A stretch of DNA of 64,000 bases from positions 263,686,001-263,750,000 of the forward strand of contig OZ024743.1 in NCBI GenBank assembly GCA_964016885.1. The letters are read 5' to 3'. The first letter of the stretch is position 1. Every line of letters begins with the position of its first letter. A program made the position numbers and the translations under genes. This DNA is from Eledone cirrhosa (Eukaryota). Below, one piece after another: positions 37,651-49,485 of this stretch. The notes beneath the pieces are model-generated. The model saw only the letters and a program-made list of their open reading frames with translations, had not been told where the DNA came from and ran no database searches.

Positions 37651-38338
37651 AAATCACTGCAAAGAATAGGTGGCTCGTAACAAAGGAGAAATAAATATGT
37701 TCGTTGGTATAATGTTTGTGTTGGGACAGGTTAGAGAGACAGAGAAAAATGGCGTTTCAAAACTCGATATTCTAGTTAATTTTGTTTATACCTTTAGTAG
37801 CTATCCTAGCTACCGTGGATTTATACAATGCTTAAGGCGAGTTGTCTTTTCTTCCCTCTTCCTCTGTTCCCCGTTCTTTCACTCTTTCTTTATCTCCCGT
37901 CTCTCTTACTTCTCCTTTAATTTTTTCCCCTCCTTCCCACTGTTACCTTCTTTCTTCCCCCTCTCGCTTCTACAGACTAGTTCCGCTTACAGTGCCAATA
38001 TTCTTCCTTTCTCGCGACGACTTGAGGTCGATTGGACACACTCCATTTTCCTCCTCTCTTAACCTGTCCCAATACAAACATTATACCAACGAAGATATTT
38101 ATTTCCCCGTTACGAGCCACCTATTCTTCGCAGTAATTTAGGTAAATTGTTGAAACTGCAGGTGGTCTGGATTCTGATGAGCGTATTCTAATGTTTGTGA
38201 TCTCTTCTCATGCATTCTATTTCTTCCTTCCTATCATTTCTTCGAGTCAACTCACATAATGTTTTACTCAACGCCACTTCGACGGCATTTTGCTGTTTTA
38301 ACAGCTTCCTTACGCCGAGTTTTTCCATTTTCCTACGA

Positions 38339-38369
<31 letters not shown>

Positions 38370-39207
38370 CACAGATACGTGTGTGTGCCTGTGTGTAATA
38401 ATCAAGCAATGAAATAATATTAGTACAGCGTACGGAAATTGATTCATTAACGTGAAAATACTGCATCTTTATTATATGTTGCGGCAGATATCCAATAGAT
38501 GGAGCTGGACAACACGCACACTTACGCACGCGCATACACACAGATGCAAATATTTATTTTTAAATTATATCATACAATATAATTTGCGATGTGTATATTA
38601 AGAAATTCAACAATCAACATTGACAGCAAAAGGTTGGAGTACTGATAAGTGGTGTTTCATGAAAAGTCTTGCAAGAACTTCACCCTTCATTACCATATTT
38701 CTAATGAAATACATTTTCTTAATTAATTGATAATGAATTTGCAGGGAATTTCTAAAAGAAATTTGGTTTCTTTCACATGTCTTAATGTGAAAGAGAATTA
38801 AACAAAAAGTAAATCTATACAATCATAACGGAAATTTATAATAAAATAGGAACACATTAAAATTGATGGTTATCAATTATACAACCACGAGCGGTTTTGG
38901 TTGGGTTGATATCAAAAGTGTTCATATAAGGCAATGACAACTGTTCAAATAATGTAACTTAGATTCAATTTCTCAATCTTTGTTTTATTATATAAACTCT
39001 TTCATATATGACAAGTCAGAGAATTTGAAATATGTTAAAACATGTATTTATTTGTTTATTTACTTGTTTATTTATTTATTTAATAGTGACCCCACTTAAT
39101 ATAACATTAATTAAAATAATAAAATAACAACATTTGCTGTGGCTAAGATTTCTTATTCAGTATTGCACTCAGATTCTGCGTATGTCTGACCTGTAGTCAT
39201 AGATTTA

Positions 39208-39277
<70 letters not shown>

Positions 39278-39317
39278 TTACGTACGCAAACACACACACA
39301 CACACACATATATAGAA

Positions 39318-39348
<31 letters not shown>

Positions 39349-39835
39349 CATACATAGAAACACATCCACAGACACAACTACGCACATTGCAGAGCCAACA
39401 CAGGTACATAACAGAAGCAAACATACACAGCTTTCATTCATTGATTCATTTTCAAATAGCAAACTTGACATAAGTGGCAGATTTAGTATATAGCAGCAGG
39501 TTTGCGATTTCATATAAATAAAACACGTCGGTAACTGAATAACATTATTGAACAACGTCTATTGAAATTAAACAAATAGATTTTTATTCTATTGTCGACG
39601 CAGTGTCTAAAATCTGTTAGAATTTTCAATTAAGTGCACATTTAAATGTGACAGGTTTGGAAATTTATCGCCTGCAGCGAAAATTTACTCACCTCTGGGA
39701 AGACGGTAGGAAAATATTAATACAATTTTCCAACATCATTTTATACGGGCAGACACATACATATACATATAAACCTATACACTCAAACTCACACACGCAA
39801 ACACACACACACGCAAACACACACACACACACACA

Positions 39836-39886
<51 letters not shown>

Positions 39887-40147
39887 GTATATACATGTAT
39901 ATATACATGCATATATATATATATATATACATGCATATATATATATATGTAGACATATGCATGTATATATATATATATGTGTGTATGTAAGTATGTGGTG
40001 TATGTGCATGTGAGTGTGTATATATATATATCATAAAAATATATCTATGATATATATTATATGAATATATTCATATATGTAAATTTGTCTGTATATTTAT
40101 AACTCAGTATGCATGAATGTATGTTTTTATATAAGTATATATATATA

Positions 40148-40338
40148 ATTATTTCTACTTTTGGCCACAAGGCCAACAATTATCCCAGTGCATTACTGGT
40201 ACTTTATTTTATCGACCCCGTAAGGATGAAAGGCAAAGTTAACCTCGGCGGGATTTGAAATCAGATCATAAAGGGCCGTAACTCTATGCTGCAAAGCATA
40301 GCGTCCGACCCTCTACCGATACTGCCAATCCACCGCCC
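40148..40338 (-). mobile_element. SINE family A
   Basis: Reverse complement of 5089-5279. Confidence 0.85.
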
Positions 40339-40346
40339 TATGTATA

Positions 40347-40423
<77 letters not shown>

Positions 40424-42109
40424 GATTATACTATTTATGGTTATGCAAATACAAAAAACCTTTTGTAGTTATATATATTTTTATAAACCCTAAATAGTGG
40501 TAGGCAGTAATATACTACTACCTTATTACCAGTAAGTTAAATAGCTCAATGTAATAACATCAGATGATTTACAGAGCAGTTATATGAATTATAAGAATCA
40601 AAGAACTGTTCAAAACATTTTTATGCTTACAACTGTTTCCTCCAAACCGAGGTTTGGATTCTTCGGAGCAATTTATTATTGAATGAACACTTATATGACC
40701 TCCTTTTCACCCAAGAGACATACAGATACATATGCAAATATTGTGGGTCAACATTCATTACAGCATTTAGTGTGGCAGTACACATTTAGAGATTACATTC
40801 ATATTAAAATATACAATCAAAAATACAGGTTAAAATACAACATGAAATTAAGCGGTTATAGAGTGCAATGGTTATATGTGTGGCAAGCACGTGCGTCTTG
40901 TTTATATAGTGTGGCAGAGAGTTACGTGTAATAGAAGCACTTAAGCAGGTAATCAAGAGTGTTAAGAGGGTTGATCTGGTAATGAATTCTTTATATGATT
41001 GTTATAGCCTGTGTGTGGAGAAATAATATAAGTATTAAAAATAATGTAAGCATTAAAAATATTGGAAATGCGTAGCGAAGCGATGATATGGATTTCATGC
41101 ACTGCGACATTTTCATAGTCTGGGGAGCGTACTTTTCAGATTATATGCCCCTCATATAATCCACGACGATTCGATATTGGGCGTTTGACATTCCAGTTAG
41201 AGAATCGTAGTCTGATGTTCTTTAGCTCAATACAGGAGGATGTTACGTTGCGAGAATCGACATCAAAATATTACCCGGAAGTGTGTGTGTGGCTAAGGGG
41301 AGTTAATGCATGAGGGGAGGTAACTCAGTGGTTTCTATCACTAACTATTAAATTGTGTCTCAAAACAGTCTCTAACTTATATGGTTATGCGCAGTTTCTA
41401 AAAAAATGTCCAAAATTTAAAGTGTTTTAACTATAAAGTAGTCTATCAAGTTGTGCTGAAGGTGTTCTTATTATGGTGTTCTTATTATGGTGATCGTAGA
41501 GTGCCACAAATGAATATTATACACGACGAACGAGATTTCTAAATTAATGATCACTGTGATTGTAGTCTACTCAAAGAACCAGGCAAGGTGATTGCAGAAT
41601 CACTTCAACACACAATAATCCCTGGTAAGTTCCGGGTCAGTGCATGCTATATTGGATGTCGAAAGATAATCATCACCAGGGCCGACCAGAGGTCAATCCA
41701 CAGTCCTCATGACTCCAATCTAACCATCAAATCATACATATATGTACACCCCATACGCCACTTGCAATACATTCACTGCACTCAGCATACCGGTCGTATA
41801 GCTCATCAACGTTACTAGATTAATTAGTTTTCCATTTATCCAACGATGGCTCTTCCTCCGCATAGCACCAACAATACAATCAATTCAATGCTTAAATTTT
41901 GCATTAACTATAAAGTGGTGTAGTGCAGTTCAAGCAACTGGATGTAGTCACACCTAAAGTAGAAGTACAAAGGGGTATTCCCACTGCGAAGGGTTCTAGA
42001 GGGATGTCCCGATTTGTGTTATATTAGATCAATGAGTGTGGGGATGTGGTATAAGGTGTGCCCCTGGTGTTTAATGCTAGAGGTGGTGTCTGGTTCAAGT
42101 CCGACATTG

Positions 42110-42640
42110 CTATATATTGGGCTTAAAGTTTTGGAAGGAATGTCTGAAGCGGTGCTGGCAAGTTGCAAACACTTCAGATTTTTTGTTAAGTAGGTTACGG
42201 TTAGAGAAGATAATAGTGTGGGTCTCTAGTATACAGAGGTTACAAAATTTATTAGGTGGTTTGTACGAAGTCGCGCTACCTATCACTTCCCATTTGCGTG
42301 TGTAAGGTTTACTTTTAGTTTTTAGATAGTGTATGTAGCTGGATAGTGAGGTGGAGTTGGCTAGACTGTGCTTTTTGAAAGAGTGGATGTGCGAATTATA
42401 TCTGATTTTGAAGCAGTTAGAAGTGGAGCCTACATAGGTTTCTGAAGAGTTGCTAGTTGTGATGGTGCATGAGTATATGATATCCTTGGTTAGACATTTT
42501 TTATCTAAAGGGCAGGTTCTATTAGCACTACAGTTACAATTATCCTGGGTGTTAGTCTTAGTCTGCTGGTTATAAGGCAGTATAGAAGTCCGGGTGGTAG
42601 CTATAGGATTTTGGACATTCGGCTTGTCGACCCCGGTGTT
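42110..42640 (-). mobile_element. Naiad-like PLE GIY-YIG fragment
   Basis: Minus strand CNCSANRTCPLDKKC..IIYSC..YVGSTSNCFKIRYNSH..CNLC.LE..LNKKSE..CQH. Confidence 0.8.
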
Positions 42641-42691
42641 ATTTCTTATATATATTGCTATTTCAGAGCTCCAATTCTAATTTTTAATTTC

Positions 42692-42961
42692 TGCCTGACC
42701 GGCAACCGCTCTGTATAATCAGTTCCTGATTATTTACTAGAATTCTATAAGAATATAACATCAGTGATCTCAGTAGACAGGAGGGAGTAGTTAGCCTTGA
42801 TAAGCATCAAACAATGCGAAACAAGGCCTTGTCGGCTTATCTCCCCTTTTTTGCTGAGATTAAAGTAAGTGAGTTTGTCACTACTCTAAAACAATAGCAT
42901 ACGGTCTTCAAAATGCTTTTAATTAAGCATAAAGTGTATTGCAAAATACATTATATATACA

Positions 42962-42970
<9 letters not shown>
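42692..42970 (+). mobile_element. TA-associated repeat with U3:A8 variant HHR (42793-42837)
   Basis: agcc TTGATAA gcat-caaaca-atgc GAAA caaggccttg TC ggct. Confidence 0.8.
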
Positions 42971-43034
<64 letters not shown>

Positions 43035-43054
43035 TTACACACAGCACTGGACAG

Positions 43055-43309
43055 AATTGATTCCACATCATTCATTCTCATCTCGGGAACAATTTTGAAT
43101 AGCGCCAGTTCGTAATTTGAACTCGGGAATTTTATATTCTCCGAGTGAAAATAACCTTCTGACGAAAGTTTATCTTTTCAATGGAAGGCCACAAGGACTG
43201 TCCATTTATTTTTGAGACTCAAAACCGATTCGGTAAAGGTAACCATAGTGAGTACAGTGAATTTTTTAAAATTTATTTCGAGACTTTTTCTTATTTGCTA
43301 AACCTTGAT

Positions 43310-43310
<1 letters not shown>
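43055..43310 (+). mobile_element. Diverged partial copy of the 483-bp HHR repeat, G12 mutated
   Basis: acctt CTGACGA..AAAA ccg-att-cgg TA aaggt (43154-43240). Homologous to the reverse complement of 54438-54700. Confidence 0.75.
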
Positions 43311-43357
<47 letters not shown>

Positions 43358-43486
43358 CTTATATACTATTTTACTCTTTTACCTGTTCCAGCCATCCGGC
43401 TGAGGCCATGCTGAGGCACCGCCCTTGTTGCTACACATTTTATCTCCAGCCTGTATAGGTTGGCCACTGGTGTGAGAGGGAGTTTG

Positions 43487-43524
<38 letters not shown>

Positions 43525-43527
<3 letters not shown>

Positions 43528-43729
43528 GAAGGAGTTGTGGTAAGGAACCAGATAGACCATAACGCACCTGAGTACTCAATACTTAGGTTAGTAGAGTGGG
43601 TAATAGGAGAAAGTATGACCCCCGACGGCAGAGCTCAAGTCGTTTCGACGGCTATTTCTTGACTAAAGTGTCCAGAAATAGCCGTCGAAACGGCTTGAGC
43701 TATGCCGTCGGGGTCATACTTTCTCCTAT
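43525..43729 (-). mobile_element. Palindromic half-HHR element, second copy
   Basis: Arms 43603-43663 and 43670-43729, with the same centre as the copy at 1002. Confidence 0.75.
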
Positions 43730-43735
43730 ATATAT

Positions 43736-44441
43736 TTGGAAGATCACTGATGAAGGACTAACTTTATTCATATGTAACACATTAGCAACCACGCAGCACG
43801 TTTATTCTCATATTTACACATATTTTTTCCCCCGCTGTGACCCGTCTATTTCGTTCTTACTGCTTCCTCTTTCTCTGTATCTTTACCCTCTCTAACAGTC
43901 ACTCTCTCTGTTAGCCTCTTCCTCACCCTTCACTCACTCACTCTCTGTTACTACCTCTCCTCCTCCTCCTTCTTCCCATTTCACCTGTGCGTAATTCTTT
44001 TCCTTCGCACCCTTGGTCAGGCAGGTCGCTTTTTTTCTCTCTCTCTTCTACGATTTCACAGAACTTACGTTCACCGAATTCACAGACTAGATCCCTTCTT
44101 CCTCCCGTTAGACCTGTACGGAATTCCTTCCTTGCTCACATTCCAACCAGGTTTGATGGTCTTTATTCTCTCTCGTTCACGATTTCACCGAACATATATT
44201 CATGGAAATTTGGGACTTGACTCCTTCTTCCTCACTTTTCGTTGCTTCACCATCTTTGTTTGTTTACACTCTCGTGTCCCCTTTATTTACGTGTCCCAAC
44301 GACTTTTTTTAGCCGCTGCTCGCACCAACCGGAGGTATATGGTCTTTAAAGCGATGAAATACCAATGATGGTTGGAAGATCATTGATGAAGGACTAACTT
44401 TATTCATATGTAACCCATTAGCAACCACGCACCACGTTTAT

Positions 44442-44447
<6 letters not shown>
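43736..44447 (+). repeat. Partial tandem non-coding element, period ~636 bp, in (TA)n
   Basis: ~77-bp direct repeat ttggaagatca(c/t)tgatgaaggactaac..tttattctcata at both ends. Confidence 0.8.
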
Positions 44448-44472
<25 letters not shown>

Positions 44473-44700
44473 ATGTAAACAGCTTTTTACGCACAGTTGT
44501 AATATGATACACATGATCCTTTGTCGCAACAATATTACTAATACTTTCGTTTGATCCAGATATCGGATTTAAACAAACCCGGACTGATAAGGAAATTTGA
44601 AAAAGTATTGAAGAGATATATTAATCTCCAACATTGCTGTAATTTCAATATAACATTCACACACATATATACACACATTCACACATAGGCCAACAACTCC

Positions 44701-44735
<35 letters not shown>

Positions 44736-45109
44736 AACACACACAGACACATACGCACACAGACAGACACACAGTCATGCACACACAAAATGGCGAAATT
44801 TCTCATGACTTTCTGATGAAAGACAATTTAATCTAAGATATATGAAGATTATAAGAACTAATGCTGCCAACATTTCTTGGTAGTCATTAAGTCCATTTTA
44901 CCAAATCTCTTTGTATGAGAAGTTATATTTCTAATATATATATGAAGCATTAGAACATAACTTCCATATAAAGAATTGAACTCTTCTGTCACAGAGTATA
45001 AATTATCACTTCCGGTCACACTTCTTCACGATGTAAAAACTTGAAACTCGAAAACTTTGCTTCATGAATGTTTCGTTTTTTCTTATCTTTTCTCTCTCTA
45101 TTATTATAA

Positions 45110-45298
45110 ATAATTGTTTCTACTTTTGGCACAAGGCCAGCAACTATCCCAGTACATTACTGGTACTTTATTTTATCGACCCCGTAAGGATGAAAGGCAA
45201 AGTTAACCTCGGCAGGAATTGAACTAAGATCGTAAAGGGACGTAACTATGCTGGAAAGCATGTCCGACCCTCTACCGATACTGCCAATTCACCGCCCT
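45110..45298 (-). mobile_element. SINE family A
   Basis: Full-length reverse copy flanked by a duplicated ttataaataat. Confidence 0.85.
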
Positions 45299-45340
45299 TA
45301 TAAATAATAGAGAGAAAAAAGATAAGAACAAACGAAACAA

Positions 45341-45535
45341 AGGGCGGTGGATTGGCAGTATCGGTAGAGGGTCGGACGCCATGCTTTCCAGCATAGTTAA
45401 GTCCCTTTACGATCTGAGTTCAAATCCCGCCGAGGTTGACTTTGCCTTTCATCCTTACGGGGTCGATAAAATAAAGTGCCAGTAATGCACTGGATATTTG
45501 CTGGCCTTGTGCCTAAAGTAGAAACAATTATTATA
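45341..45535 (+). mobile_element. SINE family A
   Basis: Full-length forward copy, head-to-head with 45110-45298. Confidence 0.85.
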
Positions 45536-45657
45536 AATAATTTTTCTTATGGAGGGCGTATTCCGAACTATTACTTACTTTTTCTGACACACACAGCACA
45601 CACAGCGCGCGTGGGCACACACACACACATATATATACATATAGAGTGAGAGAGAGA

Positions 45658-45710
<53 letters not shown>

Positions 45711-46022
45711 AGAGAGAGGGGGGGAGAGAGAGAGAGAGAGTGAGAGATAGAGTCTGTGGCGCTGTAACCGAGAAGACCACTAATCATGTTAGTACTCAAT
45801 GCATAGGAAGATGCAGAGTGGGTATAGATATATGAAAAATTCCGACTGCGGCGCCAAACCTTTCGGCTTGGAACATACCAGCCGAAGCCGCTTGGCGCCG
45901 CGGTCTGAATTTTACATCTCTCCTCTCTTTCTGCCTCCTCCTCCTCCTCTCTATCTCTCTTTATATATATATATATATATACACCTAGAAAAATGCCTTG
46001 CAGAGAGAGAGAATGGAGAGGT

Positions 46023-46102
<80 letters not shown>

Positions 46103-46324
46103 AGAGAAATTATACATAATTTATGTTGGCAACACGATTACATGTTGATACTGTTCAAAGGACTGAGTGTACAGTTGTGTAGAATTTGCGCCTGTGGATT
46201 CTATTCTATGATATTTCTGCCAAATGAGGTGATATGAGTGCCAGGAAGAAAGCAACCAAGTATTTTGATGGATGGTGACTATAAAGAGTGTCGACATATA
46301 ATTGTTGATTGGCCTCATTCAATT

Positions 46325-46600
46325 ATGTATGTATGTATGTATGTATGTATGTATGTATGTATGTATGTATGTATGTATGTATGTATGTATGTATGCATGC
46401 ATGCATGTATGTATGTATGTATGTATGTATGTATGTATGTATACATGCATGCATGTATGTATGTATGTATGTATGTATGTATGTATGTATGTATGCATGC
46501 ATGCATGTATGTATCTATGTATGTATGTATGTATGCATGCATGTATGTATGCATGCATGTGTGTATGTATGAATGTATGTACGTATGTATCTATATATGT
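46325..46600. repeat. (TATG)n/(CATG)n microsatellite
   Basis: Direct reading. Confidence 0.97.
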
Positions 46601-46759
46601 ATGTACATATATATGTATATATATATGTATGCACATATATATAAACCTGAAACTCCTGAAGAGTTCGTAAGGGGCTCGTTTTATACATAGTGGATGGAGC
46701 CCATCTCCTCCCCATGCCTGCACACCGATTTCTTCTAGACAGAAATAAAAATAAAAATA

Positions 46760-46829
<70 letters not shown>

Positions 46830-46839
46830 GTCGAAAACA

Positions 46840-46925
46840 TTAAAGGCAAAGTTGACCATGGTGGGATTTGAACTCAGACCGGAGACAGCTGGAGCGGATA
46901 CCATGAACCATTCTGTTCGGCGTTT
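46840..46925 (-). mobile_element. SINE family A head fragment
   Basis: aaaggcaaagttgacc..gggatttgaactcag. Confidence 0.55.
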
Positions 46926-47607
46926 TAATGATTCTAATTCGTTACTTGTCATTCAATTAGAGCCGGTTGCTAAAGGTTGGCTCATATTTTCGATCAGAAA
47001 TACCTCTTTGATCTATTATATGTTTATGAGATTATATTCCATTTGCCATTTCATGTTTACTGGATTTCTTTATATTAATTGAAATCCTAACTGTTTCATT
47101 TAAATGCTTAATTAATGGGAAGACTTAATTAACTTTGAAAATCAAAATCAACTTTCATTCGTCATCGTAGTGTTATCGATCAACAACGAGGAATGTTAAT
47201 TTATAGATACATAAAGGTATATTTTGTCAAATACTGCTTAGAATATTGTTACATCCAATGATATGAACCAAGGGAGAAGATTTATGGAAAATTAGTTTTA
47301 TAAAGCAAAAGAGATGTTTCTAATTTCATGGTTGAAAAGACTTAAGATAAATACACAGCAATAAATAGATTTAAGCTGAGTAATATGTCTGATCGGAAAA
47401 AGGAAAATATACAGTTTCTAGCGATAATTTATTTTGAGAAATATACATACATGTACACACATTCACTCTAACACACCCACGTACGCGCACACACAGATTA
47501 AGGCATACACATATTCAAACATGTAACAACAGACACACATATATCTATGTGTGTCTGTATTTCTGCTTGTTTATCTATGTCTATGTACCTACCTGTCCGT
47601 TACTCTA

Positions 47608-47638
<31 letters not shown>

Positions 47639-47669
47639 ATCTATCTATTAATCTCTCTATCTCTCTATC

Positions 47670-48488
47670 CCCTTGGAGAGTCGCTGGACATGGAAGAAGA
47701 CGAACTGGCCAGCCTGTTCGGTAGGACTTTCGGCCCAGGACCAATGGACAACTTCCAGAAGTCACTGGCCTGGCAGTACTACCGGGGGGCTCTACCCGTT
47801 CGAGAGAGGCTCTACAGACACGGGCGCCCGGGCAGGGATCACTCAAAAAAGATTTGCCCTAGATGCGTGCGTCACGAAGAAACCGTTGCGCACGCATTGG
47901 TGCAATGTCCGGGCGTGGCTGATCTGTGGGGCTACGCCGAACGACTGCTGTCGCGGGTGGCGCCGATTAAATTGACCGCTGAGTCCGTGATGACAATCAA
48001 ACCGCCTCCCCTCTTCACAAAGGAAGCAAAGGCGGTTTTTCTGTGCGTAATAGCCATGTTGAAAGAGGTTGTTTGGTGGACACGATTGAAAGGTCTGAGG
48101 TCAGGCAACTTCCTCTCTGGCCATAGTCTGGTCTACTTCTTCCGATATCACTTCGGAAGAAGGATAAGAATGGAGAGAAAGGTGCTTGGCCACAGGCAGT
48201 TTTATGAAAGGTGGGTGATAGTGGCGAGAATGGCTCGTGTAAATGGGCCTTCTCTGTATACCATCCTGTAGGTAAAGAAGTAAAGGAGAGGGGAGCACCT
48301 TCTCCGTGTGCTCCCTGGGCAAAGGATTGCACACTTTTTCGGGGGGGGGGGGTGCAACCCCCATCACGTCCCCTCCCTTTTGAGGTTATTTTCGATTATT
48401 TTCATGTTACACCCTTTTTACTCGATTAAATGTAAACTCCCCCTTTGTATTTGTCCCTTCTTTTTATGCCTTTATGGTAAATAAAGAA
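47670..48488 (+). mobile_element. Tx1/L1-type LINE 3' fragment (zf-RVT-like) with 31-bp TSD
   Basis: LAWQYYRGALPVRERL..CPRC..EETVAHALVQC..LW. TSD atctatctattaatctctctatctctctatc at 47639-47669 and 48489-48519. AATAAA lies at the 3' end. Confidence 0.85.
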
Positions 48489-48539
48489 ATCTATCTATTA
48501 ATCTCTCTATCTCTCTATCTACTTATCTATTGGGGATGC

Positions 48540-48870
48540 AACGTAGCCCAATAGTTTGGAATTTTCCTTCTCGATCATTAAGTTCCGGGTTCAATCCCAC
48601 TGCGTTGCAGTTTGGTGAAATATGATTGACTAGATGCATGCCTTGTGAGTAAAATTGGGGAGACGTAAACTGTTGGGAGCTCGTGTAATGCAAGGCGTCA
48701 GCCATGTCACAGTGTGTCACGTTGTGTCTCCCTCAGAATTACATTAAGAATACGTTGTGTCTCCCTCAGAATTACATTAAGAATACAAGTTTTTGTAGAA
48801 TGATCAGTCACTTACATGTTAATTTCTTGTGCAGGCTGTCCATAGATCATCGACCAAACCATTCCACTCA
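48540..48870 (+). mobile_element. SINE family B with internal short tandem duplications
   Basis: gggttcaatcccactgcg..atgccttgtgagtaaaattggg, with acgttgtgtctccctcagaattacattaagaat duplicated. Confidence 0.65.
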
Positions 48871-49303
48871 TCGACCAAACCATTCCACACCTATCTCTCT
48901 ATCTATCAACCGAGCCAAACAGTAAAAAGGCACACAACCTCACACACACAAACACATGCACCATAAATTTAATGCGCAGCTCCGATAAATTTAATTTAGT
49001 GAAACAGTTACTTTCCTCATTTGAAAGGTAATTTAAGAGGTTATATATATATAAATAAAAATATAAATATAAATATAAATATAAATATTTCAATCATATC
49101 TCATTTTGTTTGACCCGTTTAGTTTGTTCGCTTTTTTGGCTATGGTAGTTAATGGCTTCTTAACCATCGTCTCAGCGTGTATGACCATTTAAACTTATGT
49201 TTATAACTCTGGTATCTTCTTCACAATATGTCTGCACAATATGGAAGTTGCGTTTCGCTAATTTCTACCCACCGAAATGCGATTCTCGCTAAATTTATAT
49301 TTG

Positions 49304-49469
<166 letters not shown>

Positions 49470-49485
49470 CATACATATATATATA

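Noticed and set aside
46650-46750. CTGAAGA followed by a hairpin as another HHR
   Set aside because: No convincing stem I or stem III closure after the downstream GAAA.
48719-48790. Short direct repeats resembling a CRISPR array
   Set aside because: This is an adjacent tandem duplication inside a SINE with no spacers, in a eukaryotic context with no cas genes.
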